A stretch of 64,000 bases of DNA from a virus (IMGVR_UViG_3300033997_000310:32001-96000), one strand, 5' to 3'; positions 1 to 10,087 are shown, counted from the stretch's first letter. Numbers and translations are program-made. The notes: generated by a model not told the origin, from the sequence alone.

Positions 1-54
1 CGACGGGCCGGACGGCCAGCCCGCGTCATGCGTCGTGAAGGGCGATGACGGCCT

Positions 55-510
55 GTGGCACGCCATCAACCTCACGCTCTGCACCATCAAGGACGGCAAG
101 GAGGCCCTGCATTGAGCGCCGAAATCATCATCCCTGCCATTCGCCCATCGTGGCAAGACTGGATTGCGCAGACCTTCGGCGCGGCCCCGGCCATCACCTG
201 CGCCGGAGGCATTGACCGCCGCATGATCGCTGAACGGATGGACAAGGGCGGGCCCTACATCGTGACCCGCTGCGTGTTTATCGTGCGCGGCCGGGCCTGG
301 TGCTTTGTGCTGGGTGGCGATCTCGACCTGACCGCCGCCTACAACGTGGGTTGCGCGGTTGAGGTGCGCGACCCGCCGGTGGCCATTCAGAGGCGGCTGG
401 CATCCATGACCGGCTCGCAGCGGGAAGCGAGCCTCATCAACGACGCGCCGTTCCCGTGGCGCTATATCGGCGCCGGGCAGAAGGTGGCGGAACTTGCGAG
501 GATGAACTAA
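55..510 (+). CDS. hypothetical protein (true start uncertain)
   Basis: ORF abutting the next gene; no recognised motif. Confidence 0.5.
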   Translation: MARHQPHALHHQGRQGGPALSAEIIIPAIRPSWQDWIAQTFGAAPAITCAGGIDRRMIAERMDKGGPYIVTRCVFIVRGRAWCFVLGGDLDLTAAYNVGCAVEVRDPPVAIQRRLASMTGSQREASLINDAPFPWRYIGAGQKVAELARMN

Positions 511-1140
511 ATGCAAATGCAGTTTAAGGCAGATCATGCCGATGCACTCGATTGGCTTCCGACAATCCAATCCCAATCAGCGAAGATTGTTGTTTTTGAT
601 CCACCATATGCGGTTGGAACTCCTGTTCGCGGAAAAGAGGATGGGGCCGCTGGCAGTGTGTTTGGTCCACTATCATTTATGTCCAAGGCTCTAACGCAGT
701 GCAGTCGTATCGTTATGCCTGGAGGTGTCGTTGTAATATTTGCCGATTGGAGAAGAATGCCGGATTTAGCATATGTTGCTACGACTGTTGGCTTGCGTGC
801 ATCAACATGCATAGCATGGACAAGAAAGCGGCCTGGAACGGGCGGAATGTTTAGATCGGCATGGGACCCAATCCTGATCGCTTCCCGCGGTGTTGCTGAC
901 GCTATTGATCGTGCGGCGATACGGAATGTAATTGAGGCAGACTACCCAACAAAACGCATTCATCCATATGAGAAGCCAGCAGAAGTCTTCCGGCACATTT
1001 TTCCCAGGATTTCTGTGCCAGGAGACCTTGTGGTTGATCCGTTTGCTGGATCTGGAGTGTCGGCAAGGGTGGCCAGAGAATTGGGGCTAAATTGGATCGG
1101 CTGTGATGTTGATCCACAGTTTGCGCAAGAGGCATCATGA
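511..1140 (+). CDS. DNA N6-adenine/N4-cytosine methyltransferase (beta class)
   Basis: DPPY catalytic motif, HPYEKP, then DPFAGSG SAM-binding motif; lower GC than its neighbours. Confidence 0.9.
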   Translation: MQMQFKADHADALDWLPTIQSQSAKIVVFDPPYAVGTPVRGKEDGAAGSVFGPLSFMSKALTQCSRIVMPGGVVVIFADWRRMPDLAYVATTVGLRASTCIAWTRKRPGTGGMFRSAWDPILIASRGVADAIDRAAIRNVIEADYPTKRIHPYEKPAEVFRHIFPRISVPGDLVVDPFAGSGVSARVARELGLNWIGCDVDPQFAQEAS

Positions 1141-2412
1141 ACCAGAACGTCCAGGCCACGACGCTGCCCAATGGCGTCACTGTCATCACCGACGAAATGC
1201 CGGGCAGCGGGATCGTGGCCATCAGTTGCGGCGTCGACGTCGGCAGCCGCGACGAATGCGACCGGCTGGCCGGGGCGAGCCACCTGCTGGAACACATGGT
1301 GTTCAAAGGCACGGCGCGCTATGCCGGCTCCGAGATCGCAGACATCATCGAGCGCGATGGCGGCTCGCTGAATGCCTGCACTGGCGAGGAAGGCACCGAA
1401 TACTCCGCCGAGGTGCTGGCGGAACCGGTCCCGGTCGAGAAAGCCATTGCCGTGCTCTCGGACATGATCTTCGCCCCGCGCCTGGATAAGGACGACCTGG
1501 AGATGGAGCGGGAAGTCGTCGTGCGCGAAATCCTGGAGGCGCAGGACGATGCGGATCGTCGCATGCACGATCTCGTAAAGCGATCCATGTTCGACGGCCA
1601 GTCCATTGGCCGCAGCGTCGCCGGCAGCGTCGAGACTGTGCGCGGCATCACCCAGGGCGACCTTCAGCGATTTCACAGCGCCCACTATCGCCCGCACCAC
1701 GTCATCTACTCCCTGGCCGGCGGGATAGACCATGCGACCGCTGTGGCACTGGTGGAGCGCGAGACGCGAAACGCGACCGGCCAGCACCAGATCAAGCGCC
1801 CGCCGGACCGGTTCAATCCGCAGTTCGTCACGGAGCCGGAAGGCCGGGATCAGATCAGCGTCAACGTGTCCTGGCCAGCACCGCACGCCACGCACCCCGA
1901 CTATCAGACGGTATTCACGATCAGTAACTATCTGGCATCGGGCTTCTCCGCGCCGCTGTGGAGGGCGCTGCGTGAAGATCGCAGCCTGTGCTACCACTTC
2001 TCCGCCCGGTATCGGCCGCACAGCGACGCGGGGTTCTTCAGATTCCATGCGCTGACGAGCGACGACTCCCTGGACGAACTGCTGCAGGTGGCTTCCGGCG
2101 AGATCATGGCCATGCTGGAGCGCGTTGATCCAGAGCGCCTGCGTCGCCAGTGCCAAGATGGAGATGTTCGGTCATCTCCAGTCCGCCTATGGCCGGGCCT
2201 ACTACACCGGGTCGCGCTATGCGGAAACCGGTCGCATCGTCACCTGCGCCGACATCATCGCTGACACGGAGGCAGTGACCCAGGACGCCATCCTGCGCGT
2301 GGCAGCCGAGATGTTTACGCAGCGCCCGGCCATGGCAGTGCAGGGGCCCTTCCGGCATGATCAGTATGCCACCGTCGAGGCGGCGTTTGGCGGGTGGAGG
2401 AAAGCGGCGTGA
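1137..2412 (+). pseudogene. M16 family zinc peptidase, frameshifted near 2140-2150 (or a sequencing error)
   Basis: TLPNG start and HLLEH inverted zinc motif; the M16-like C-terminus (AKMEM...EAVT..I.RVA..F..P.MA.QGP) lies in another frame, ORF 2125..2412. Confidence 0.75.
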
Positions 2413-2729
2413 CCAGGGTGGAATTCCCCATTCTCAAGCCAGTTGCCGGTGGATCCAAGAGCGTTCCATGGGCGTGGATCGAGCAATATCGGTCTGTCGC
2501 CATGCGCAACCATTATCAGACGCTCGAACGGCTGGCGGAAAGAGGTGGCCTAAGTCCGGGCGAAATATGGTTGCTCATCGCTGGTGTCCGTCCGTCCAGA
2601 ATGCCAAGAGATGTTTCTGCGGTACGTTTTCAGAACGTGATTGACCGGACCATAGAACGCTGGCGTCAAGATGCCAGCAGCGGTGAGCAAGGAGGCGACG
2701 ATGGCCAGCACGAACGAGCAAATTCTTGA
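2409..2729 (+). CDS. hypothetical phage protein
   Basis: GTG start overlapping the upstream stop; QTLERLAERGGLSPGE stretch. Confidence 0.6.
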   Translation: MTRVEFPILKPVAGGSKSVPWAWIEQYRSVAMRNHYQTLERLAERGGLSPGEIWLLIAGVRPSRMPRDVSAVRFQNVIDRTIERWRQDASSGEQGGDDGQHERANS

Positions 2730-3660
2730 AGAGCAGGTAAGGCACTCCATCGGCCTCCAGCGACTGGCCGGCGGCACCGTCAAGGACATCCTGGCCCTGC
2801 TGGCAAAGGTAGACACCGACATCGTTGCCAAGATGCGCGAGTACGAGATCGAGGGCCGCAGCGAGGCCGCCCGACGGCGGCTGCAACGCATGCTGGAGGC
2901 CGTGCGCGAGATCATTCAGGAAGGCCACTCCGAGCTTTACCCGCGCCTGCGTGACGACATGTTCGAGCTGGCCAAGTACGAGGCTGAGTACCAGCAGAAC
3001 CTCTTGAGCAGCACCGTGCCGGTGGCCATTGACGTCATCAAGCCGTCTGTCGAGCAACTGACGGCCATCGTCACGCAGCGCCCGATGCAGGGCCTGCTGC
3101 TGAAGGATTGGGCCGCCGGCCTGGAATCCGACAAGCTGAAGCGCGTGGAGCAGGCCATCAACATCGGGTTTGCGGAAGGCGAGACGATTGACGACATGGT
3201 CCGGCGCGTCCGCGGCACTCGGGCGAAGCAATTTCGGGATGGCGTGCTGGATATCAGCCGGCGGAATGCGGAAGCCGTGGTTAGGACGGCTGTGGCCCAC
3301 ACGGCGCAGTCGGCGCGGGATGACTTGTTCGCGGCGAATGCAGACCTCATCAAGGCGGTGGCCTGGAACAGCACCATTGACAACAGAACCTGCGTCGTCG
3401 CGGGAACGATGGTGATGACGCCAGATGGTGAAACCCCCATCGAAAGCCTCACGCCCGGTGACAAAGTGATCGGAGGATCTGGAGTTATTCGCTCCGTCCT
3501 GCATACCGACACAAAGAAGGTTTCCGAACTGATGAGGGTCAAGCTATCGAACGGCGTCACGATACTGTGCACACCTGATCATATGTTCAGAACCGAATCA
3601 GGAAATTGGCTTCCGGCACATATGATGATGTCTGGTACGAAGTTGTCAGCCAAGCTATAA
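2701..3660 (+). CDS. head morphogenesis protein (SPP1 gp7/MuF) N-extein fused to split intein N-fragment
   Basis: GGAGG RBS; MuF-like AEAVVRTA..H and STIDNRT; intein block A CVVAGT begins at 3391; block B TPDHMF; stop after 89 intein residues. Confidence 0.88.
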   Translation: MASTNEQILEEQVRHSIGLQRLAGGTVKDILALLAKVDTDIVAKMREYEIEGRSEAARRRLQRMLEAVREIIQEGHSELYPRLRDDMFELAKYEAEYQQNLLSSTVPVAIDVIKPSVEQLTAIVTQRPMQGLLLKDWAAGLESDKLKRVEQAINIGFAEGETIDDMVRRVRGTRAKQFRDGVLDISRRNAEAVVRTAVAHTAQSARDDLFAANADLIKAVAWNSTIDNRTCVVAGTMVMTPDGETPIESLTPGDKVIGGSGVIRSVLHTDTKKVSELMRVKLSNGVTILCTPDHMFRTESGNWLPAHMMMSGTKLSAKL

Positions 3661-3729
3661 TGGCCGAACCCCCACGGCGCTGGTAACGCCATGGGGGTTC
3701 ATACCAACCACGCTTTGTAGGAGCGAGGA

Positions 3730-4836
3730 ATGGCGGGACAAATAGTATCAATCTGCGCCACATGCGCAAATGAATTTGTCCGGAGTGGCGGCAAATCCGG
3801 GAAATTCTGCTCTGTTGATTGTTACAGGAAATCCCAAAGGTCTGGGGATTATAAGCGCGGCCCAGGTCCATTGAGGACGAGAAGGCCATGCGCGACCTGC
3901 GGTGAAATTACCGTAAGAAACCCTGCCACCGACAGGCACGGAAACAAGTGTGACAAGGTTTTCTGCTCTCGCGCCTGCTATGATCAGCATAGGTCCAATG
4001 CGATCAAGGCCAGAAAAGTAAACTGCGCTCATTGTGGTGTCGCATTCTCCCCAGGATCTGGCAATGGATTTAAGTATTGCTCTCATGAATGCAGGGTTGA
4101 GCACAAGCGTCCAAAGACTGTCATCTGCATAAATTGCGGGTGTGAATTTTGCGCAATAAAGCGCATGAAGAGACCAAATAACAGAATTGAGTTTATTTCT
4201 GTATCAGGCGCAAAAACCTGCTCGAAAGAATGTAATTTGGCGTGGATCAGCAACAATGAAGAGAGAAAGAAAAAGATTGGCGATGCGTTCCGTGGGCCAA
4301 ATCATCCGAACTGGCAGGGCGGGAAATCGTCACTTAACAACGTATCTAAAAGAGGTGCTAGTTGGGAGAAGATAAGGAAAAAGGCACTGAAGAGAGACAG
4401 GCACAAATGCGTTGACTGTGGCATCAGCAACGACCAGTGCATTGAAAAGTTTGGTCGCGGCCTTGATGTAGATCATGTCGTTCCATTCCACAACTTTTCA
4501 AAGTTCAAGGAAGCAAATAGATTATCCAATCTGCAATGCAGATGCAGTTCATGTCACAAGCGCGCCGAAGCCAAGCGAAAAAACGTACAAATGGTGCTAC
4601 CATTCCAGGACAGTGCGAAACGCAGACACAAGGGCGGGCATCGTATGGGCGAAAAGCATCCTAAAGCGAAACTTACATCTGCCCAGGTCATGCAAATCAG
4701 GAAAGAGCACGCTGATGGAGTTTCAGCGCAAGAGCTTTCGCAGAGTTACGGCATCAAAAAGTCAAATGTGCACGCTATAATTAAGGGGAAGACCTGGAAA
4801 TGCCTACCAATATCACCGTCGAACACGCCGAATTGA
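3730..4836 (+). CDS. free-standing HNH homing endonuclease with repeated zinc-finger motifs and a C-terminal HTH
   Basis: Several CxxC..FCS..C units, NHPNWQGG, RDRHKCVDCG..VDHVVP..N..NLQCRCSSCH, GEKHPKAKLT HTH; low GC. Confidence 0.9.
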   Translation: MAGQIVSICATCANEFVRSGGKSGKFCSVDCYRKSQRSGDYKRGPGPLRTRRPCATCGEITVRNPATDRHGNKCDKVFCSRACYDQHRSNAIKARKVNCAHCGVAFSPGSGNGFKYCSHECRVEHKRPKTVICINCGCEFCAIKRMKRPNNRIEFISVSGAKTCSKECNLAWISNNEERKKKIGDAFRGPNHPNWQGGKSSLNNVSKRGASWEKIRKKALKRDRHKCVDCGISNDQCIEKFGRGLDVDHVVPFHNFSKFKEANRLSNLQCRCSSCHKRAEAKRKNVQMVLPFQDSAKRRHKGGHRMGEKHPKAKLTSAQVMQIRKEHADGVSAQELSQSYGIKKSNVHAIIKGKTWKCLPISPSNTPN

Positions 4837-5336
4837 TAACGCTCGATGAGCCTGTTGATGTTTTCGACATCCAGGTTGATGTTGATGAAAGCTTTGTCTG
4901 TGGCGGCATTGTTCTAAGCAACTCGTCCATTTGCAGGACTCGTGACAGCCTGCAATACACACCTGTGGAGCATAAGCCAATAGGTCACAGCGTTCCCTGG
5001 CTCCAAGGCCCGGGTCGGTCTCACTGGAATTGCCGATCCAGCAGCGTCCCGATCACCAAGTCATGGCGCGAACTCGGCATAGACGAAGACGAATTGCCGA
5101 TCACCACGCGCGCCTCAATGGACGGCCAAGTGCCAGCCGACATGACCTACAGCGACTGGCTCAAAAAGCAGCCGCGCTCCGTGGTTGACGAAATCCTGGG
5201 TGAGAAAAAGGCCAAGCTGTTCCTCGACGGCGGCGTCACCCTGGATCGGTTCGAGGATCGCGCCGGGAATGAACTCTCGCTCAAGGAATTGCGCGCCCGC
5301 GAGGCTGAAGCCTTCCGCAAAGTCGGCCTGTCCTGA
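4800..5336 (+). CDS. split intein C-fragment (41 aa) fused to MuF C-extein
   Basis: Block F VFDIQV..DESFVCGG; block G IVLSN/S with Asn at 4920-4922; extein SSIC...HWNCRS MuF motif. Confidence 0.88.
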   Translation: MPTNITVEHAELITLDEPVDVFDIQVDVDESFVCGGIVLSNSSICRTRDSLQYTPVEHKPIGHSVPWLQGPGRSHWNCRSSSVPITKSWRELGIDEDELPITTRASMDGQVPADMTYSDWLKKQPRSVVDEILGEKKAKLFLDGGVTLDRFEDRAGNELSLKELRAREAEAFRKVGLS

Positions 5337-5409
5337 AAGCGCGCGTTTTTGGACAAGACAGAGCAATGGATTTCTTCCATGGTTGGTTCATCAACCACGG
5401 GAGATTTCC

Positions 5410-5703
5410 ATGCTCAATCGCATCGCCGCCTGCATCATTGCCGTCACCATCGCCGGGCCCGCCCTGGCACAGAGCGTCCAGCCGGTCACCAGCATCGGGA
5501 TCAACCAAGTCGTGGCCCCGCTGGACATGGAGACGGCCCGCCAGCTCGTGACCTACGTGCGCCTGAATGGCCTGCAATGCCGCGTGCCGGACATGATCCG
5601 GCGCTGCCTGCTGGAAAGGTGCTTTGAGGTCAGATGCGATCTGCAGTGGACTTATACACTCCGCGCTACGCCCACGGGCGGGATCAGCATCCAGGCTGAG
5701 TGA
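5410..5703 (+). CDS. small exported protein
   Basis: GGGAG RBS; signal peptide MLNRIAACIIAVTIAGPALA; four Cys in the mature part. Confidence 0.65.
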   Translation: MLNRIAACIIAVTIAGPALAQSVQPVTSIGINQVVAPLDMETARQLVTYVRLNGLQCRVPDMIRRCLLERCFEVRCDLQWTYTLRATPTGGISIQAE

Positions 5704-5857
5704 TCGCGGCGCCGTCAAATATGGACGCAGCGCCCACACTGTCTGAACAATGTGTTGTTGCGATATGTGCAGTGCGCGGTTAATGGCATTAAACCGCAGG
5801 CATTGTCCATATAAACCGGCGGTGATTTGGTTTATTCAGTCACCACCGGTCAGGCTA

Positions 5858-6385
5858 TCAGGCGGCCAAATCAAGGTTAACGTATTCGCTCCACTGAGCC
5901 ACGGCGGCTTGCCGATAGGCTTCAGCGGCATCATTGATGTCGGAAAAACAGCCAAGCTCTTTGACGCGCTTACCAATTGTAATTTGTGCGCGCCATTTAC
6001 CACTCTTTTTGTGCCAGCTAACGCCTTTGATCCCTGATTTATTTCTACTGCTTAACGTCTTATTTACCTCATTCTCTGCCCTGGACGCTGGACGAAGATT
6101 TGACCAAGCGTTGTTGCTGGGGTTACGGTCCTTATGATCAATTTCATATGGGCACGATCCAGTCATCCAGACGAAGGCCAATCTATGGGCCGAATACATC
6201 GCATCACCAATACCGATAAGCCGATAGCCGTCCGGCCTGTTATACCCGGCCACGTCGCCAGCGCTGACACGTCGACCATTGCCAGCCAGCCACCGGAACA
6301 TTCCTGTATCTGGATCGTAATGCATCAGTTTCCGCAAGTGCTCTTGCGTAGGAAGCTGGGCAGGCGTATTTCTGCGCTTAGTCAT
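5858..6385 (-). CDS. HNH endonuclease with AP2 domain
   Basis: YDPDTG, AHRLA, IDHKDRNPSNN..NLR, NKSGIKGV, W.AQI. Confidence 0.92.
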   Translation of the reverse strand: MTKRRNTPAQLPTQEHLRKLMHYDPDTGMFRWLAGNGRRVSAGDVAGYNRPDGYRLIGIGDAMYSAHRLAFVWMTGSCPYEIDHKDRNPSNNAWSNLRPASRAENEVNKTLSSRNKSGIKGVSWHKKSGKWRAQITIGKRVKELGCFSDINDAAEAYRQAAVAQWSEYVNLDLAA

Positions 6386-6507
6386 TTGCGGCTCCTATAA
6401 GCCCGGTGATCAGAAAGGCCGGACACCGCAGCAACGGTTCCGGCCTTTCGCCATTGTGCCACATGCACATAGCATCATCAACACCACGAACGAACTTACC
6501 TGCTTCT

Positions 6508-7401
6508 CTACAGCCGATAAGCCCTATCGCTGAACTTGTCCTTGCCTCCGATGCTCACCACCTGCGCACGGCACCGGCTGGCAGCCAGGAACGCTGACTC
6601 GGCCTCAGCAGCTTCAGCGGTTGTCATATCTCGGAACCACGCCTTGGGCCTTCCCGCCTCACCAGCAGACCAGCGATATCCGCGAGCCTTCAGCGCATCC
6701 TTCATCTCAAACGGGGAATGCACCGACCACACCCGATAGGAAGGCCGCCGGGCTGCGTCCAGCAGCGCCTGCATCACCGGACGGCCCGAGACGGGTAGCG
6801 TCTGCGCCAACGCATGCACGACCGCCTGGCAGTCGTTCCCGGCCCGGTGCGCATCGAAGAAAAAACCCAACCGATAGGCGATGAAGGCCAGCTTCTGCGA
6901 CTCGATGCCTTCCGCTTTCCAATCCACATCGCTGACGCTGCATGACCAGTGCTTGGCTGCGAAGCATGGAAAGCGCCGCTCTACCTTAGGCCTGTCGAAA
7001 TCGGCGTTGTGGGCGATCACCAGATCGGCGGCGGCGCACAGCGATTCCACCAAGCAGTCATCGAACCCCAGACCGCGCACCATATCGTCCGTGATGCCGG
7101 TGATGGAGACGATTTCCGGCGACAGTGGCACGCCTGGATCCTCGAACATTGATAGCGGCGTGCCCACCTCAAAGATGCGACCCGTCGTCGGACAGAACGA
7201 AAAGGGCAGGGCGCCGAACTCGATGATGGAGGCGTTTTCCTCCAGGCCGGTGGTCTCGGTGTCGATCACGAGGCCGGTCTTGAACGGTTCGCCGTCGCCG
7301 CGCTCGTGATAGCGGTCAACAGGCCGGAACCGGCGGACGACGCGGAAGTCGCCGGTCTGTTCCAGAAGGTCGATGCACTGCGGGATCGTGATGCTGGTCA
7401 T
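6508..7401 (-). CDS. DnaQ-like (DEDDh) 3'-5' exonuclease
   Basis: IDTETTG, AHNADFD, HRAGND motifs. Confidence 0.9.
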   Translation of the reverse strand: MTSITIPQCIDLLEQTGDFRVVRRFRPVDRYHERGDGEPFKTGLVIDTETTGLEENASIIEFGALPFSFCPTTGRIFEVGTPLSMFEDPGVPLSPEIVSITGITDDMVRGLGFDDCLVESLCAAADLVIAHNADFDRPKVERRFPCFAAKHWSCSVSDVDWKAEGIESQKLAFIAYRLGFFFDAHRAGNDCQAVVHALAQTLPVSGRPVMQALLDAARRPSYRVWSVHSPFEMKDALKARGYRWSAGEAGRPKAWFRDMTTAEAAEAESAFLAASRCRAQVVSIGGKDKFSDRAYRL

Positions 7402-7568
7402 GAGTCTTGATATCCCTGCCACTTGCCCTGTTCCCAGGCGCGAAATTGCGATTCCGAATAGCCGCTCGGAATTTTTGGCGATTGCCCGTCGCCAAGCTCA
7501 TGGTTCGTCGCTTGGCGATACCCATTCCAGAACGCCTCGTGTTCAGGGCTTCCGTGTTCGTAGTCCAT
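7398..7568 (-). CDS. small hypothetical protein
   Basis: 56 aa ORF overlapping the exonuclease start. Confidence 0.4.
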   Translation of the reverse strand: MDYEHGSPEHEAFWNGYRQATNHELGDGQSPKIPSGYSESQFRAWEQGKWQGYQDS

Positions 7569-7743
7569 CGCTGGTGTCCTTGATTTGATCCCATGCATCT
7601 TGCCACGACACCTCGCCGCGCCTGACCTCGCATGGTTGTTCGATATCGCCGCCGCTGAAACAGCCGGCCCCAGCATGAGAGGCAATATAGAGCGGGCAGT
7701 GGTGCATTTCAGCGTGTGGGCAGCCAATGGCCATGACTAATCC

Positions 7744-8130
7744 TCAGAATGCCGGCGCTTCGCCATTGGCGATGGCAAGCAGGGTTTCCGCGTGGCACGG
7801 AAGGCCGGGGGCGCACCAGCAGGCCAGATCGCGCCCGCGAAGATGCTTCCACACGTCGGCCGGTGTCGGAACCGGATCAATCATACGCGAGTGGTGGGGG
7901 CCGGGCGTGGTGAGATCCAGCCGATACAGCTCCACGGCCTTGGCATTGGCTTCCGCCTTGCTGGTGAATGGCCCATGGTGGCCGCTGCTGGATACCCACC
8001 ATGTCCCATCCCAGACATCTCGCCAGACCTTCCACGGGTTTCCCCATCGGCTGCCCCGCCCGACATAGATCGCATCTTCCGGCATCTGCCAACCCTTGGT
8101 GCGGCGACGCTGTATGCGTTTAGGCTGCAT
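7744..8130 (-). CDS. DUF4326 family protein
   Basis: YVGRGSRWGNP and LRGRDLACWC..PCHA. Confidence 0.85.
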   Translation of the reverse strand: MQPKRIQRRRTKGWQMPEDAIYVGRGSRWGNPWKVWRDVWDGTWWVSSSGHHGPFTSKAEANAKAVELYRLDLTTPGPHHSRMIDPVPTPADVWKHLRGRDLACWCAPGLPCHAETLLAIANGEAPAF

Positions 8131-8510
8131 TGGTAGCTCCCGTCTTGATCGACGGCAACGGCTCCACCCGCTGAAAGAACACGGCCAGCGCATGCTCTGC
8201 CCGGCTGCATCCGTCGCACCCAGGCGTGTGGTGGAGATTTGCTTTCCATGCGTCCGGATCAGCGGCGTTTCCGCACCCGCGAGCTTGATCGTATGCCCAT
8301 GACACGCGCGGCGTGGCCGGTCCTTCGGTAAAGCAGGCTGGGCTAGATGTCGGAATGTGCATCATCACTCCTTGCACGCGGCCGCCCAGATCATTATGGG
8401 CACGCAGAACCAGAGGCCGGCATAGAAAAAGGCGCGCACGCCTGTGACGGCGCCGGCCAGGATCAGCAGAACAGCGACCACGACCATGATCGTCAGGATG
8501 GTGACGCGGT

Positions 8511-9215
8511 TCACGATTTACCTTCCAGGCGGTCGGCTTCGGCGTTGATGGCCTCCTCAATTTCTTCCCACTCGCCGACGGTTTCATCGCCGTTGCCTGG
8601 ATAGACGGTTTGCCCTGTATCCCACTCAACGTGTCCGAATTCCTCCTGATAATCTTCACGTCGCTTGGTCACGATGGCGGCGGCGAGGCGCATGCCTGCT
8701 GCTTTGGCTTGCACTTCGGTCATCATCGGGGCCGGCGGGGCGGCGGCAATCATGGCGGCACACGCCGCGCTGTCGCTCATGTCCGTAGGCCGTGGCTCGT
8801 CGTGAAAATGATGCCCGTTTTTTACCCGCCAGAATGCGCCGATCATTTCCGGCGGGATTCGCGCCGGCACCAACCTCCACCCCGCCGGCAGGACCGCGAT
8901 TGGCGCGGGCTGGGGTTCGATGGCGGACAGGATGCGGCGCTCGTAGTTGGCCTGGGCGGCGGCTTTGGCTGCGTCTTGGCTTTCGCATTCCGTGATCTTG
9001 AAATCCTTCCCATATTCCAAAACCCAGACGATTGGACTTGCCCGCACTGCGCCGTAGGCATAGACCCGATAGCCCAGACCGCTGCCAGCAGCGTATTCGT
9101 ATGATCCAAAGTTTTCCCACACCAGCGACTTGACCCGAACGGCCCCGGCAAGCGCCGCGTCCCGTTCGGCCGTCAGCCGGGCAACATCTGCCCGCAGACT
9201 CTCCATCGTCTCCAT
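8511..9215 (-). CDS. hypothetical modular phage protein
   Basis: Shares AERDAALAGAVRVK and AEADRLEGK blocks with 53751..54908. Confidence 0.65.
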   Translation of the reverse strand: METMESLRADVARLTAERDAALAGAVRVKSLVWENFGSYEYAAGSGLGYRVYAYGAVRASPIVWVLEYGKDFKITECESQDAAKAAAQANYERRILSAIEPQPAPIAVLPAGWRLVPARIPPEMIGAFWRVKNGHHFHDEPRPTDMSDSAACAAMIAAAPPAPMMTEVQAKAAGMRLAAAIVTKRREDYQEEFGHVEWDTGQTVYPGNGDETVGEWEEIEEAINAEADRLEGKS

Positions 9216-9217
9216 AA

Positions 9218-9493
9218 TCAATCCCTTTCCTGTCGAGCCCAACTTTGCCGCTGGGCGTGCATCATCTTGGCGGCCTCGAAACGATCTTCGGACCAGCCGT
9301 TGCCGACCGGCGGGTTGAGCGCGTCGATTGCCAGTTGCCTGGCCGCATCCCGTTCGGCGGTCAGACCCTCGACCTGGGCGCGCAGGGCGTCGATGGTGGA
9401 TCGCAAGCGGAATAGATCATTGGAGAACGTCGGGGCAGGCCGGGAAAAGATTTCGTCCAGTTCTTCCGCCGTCAGGGGCTTGTGGTCAGACAT
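9218..9493 (-). CDS. hypothetical coiled-coil protein
   Basis: GGAGG RBS; LRAQVEGLTAERDAA block. Confidence 0.6.
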   Translation of the reverse strand: MSDHKPLTAEELDEIFSRPAPTFSNDLFRLRSTIDALRAQVEGLTAERDAARQLAIDALNPPVGNGWSEDRFEAAKMMHAQRQSWARQERD

Positions 9494-9685
9494 AGCGAAC
9501 CCTCCTATGAGGTGAAAGGCTCAACATGCACTCCAGGAAAGTCGCCAGCATCAACAGCGCGGCAACGCCTGCAATCTCCACCGCGTTGGGGGCGGCGAAG
9601 TACAGGCCGGTGAAGATCAGGAGTAAGATCCTGACGATCATGAACATGATGCGCATCATTGCTCTCCTTCGGTGATGGTGGACGA

Positions 9686-10087
9686 TCAATTGGGCTCAGG
9701 CTCGCGGCCACGTATCCCGGCAGCCCCGGCAGCGGCGATGGCGTTACGAGCTATTCCCTGCAAGTGATCTGCGCTGTTCGCTATTGAGTACGCCATCCCA
9801 GACAGCCTGTGGCCCTGCGCTTCCGCACGCCGTTTCATTGCGGTAAGCGGATTGGCGATTTCTTCCAACGCCTCCAGCGGCCCCGCCGCCGCCTTCTCGC
9901 GCTCGGCAAACAGGGCGATTACGGCGCGGGCCATGTCCTGAAACGTTGCGATGTATGAAACCGGAAATACCGAAATCGGATGATCCGGCTCCTTTGTCCG
10001 AAATGTCGAAAGCATCACTTCCGTCACCAGTTCCACCAGATCGGCGGGCGGCACCATTTTGGTGGCGTCAACAATATGGTCAGTCAT
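9686..10087 (-). CDS. hypothetical protein
   Basis: Start/stop overlap within the leftward operon. Confidence 0.55.
   Translation of the reverse strand: MTDHIVDATKMVPPADLVELVTEVMLSTFRTKEPDHPISVFPVSYIATFQDMARAVIALFAEREKAAAGPLEALEEIANPLTAMKRRAEAQGHRLSGMAYSIANSADHLQGIARNAIAAAGAAGIRGREPEPN

Noticed and set aside
7398-7568. Ribosome modulation factor-like protein (W..GY...P......W..G)
   Set aside because: The similarity is too short to support a call without a profile search.
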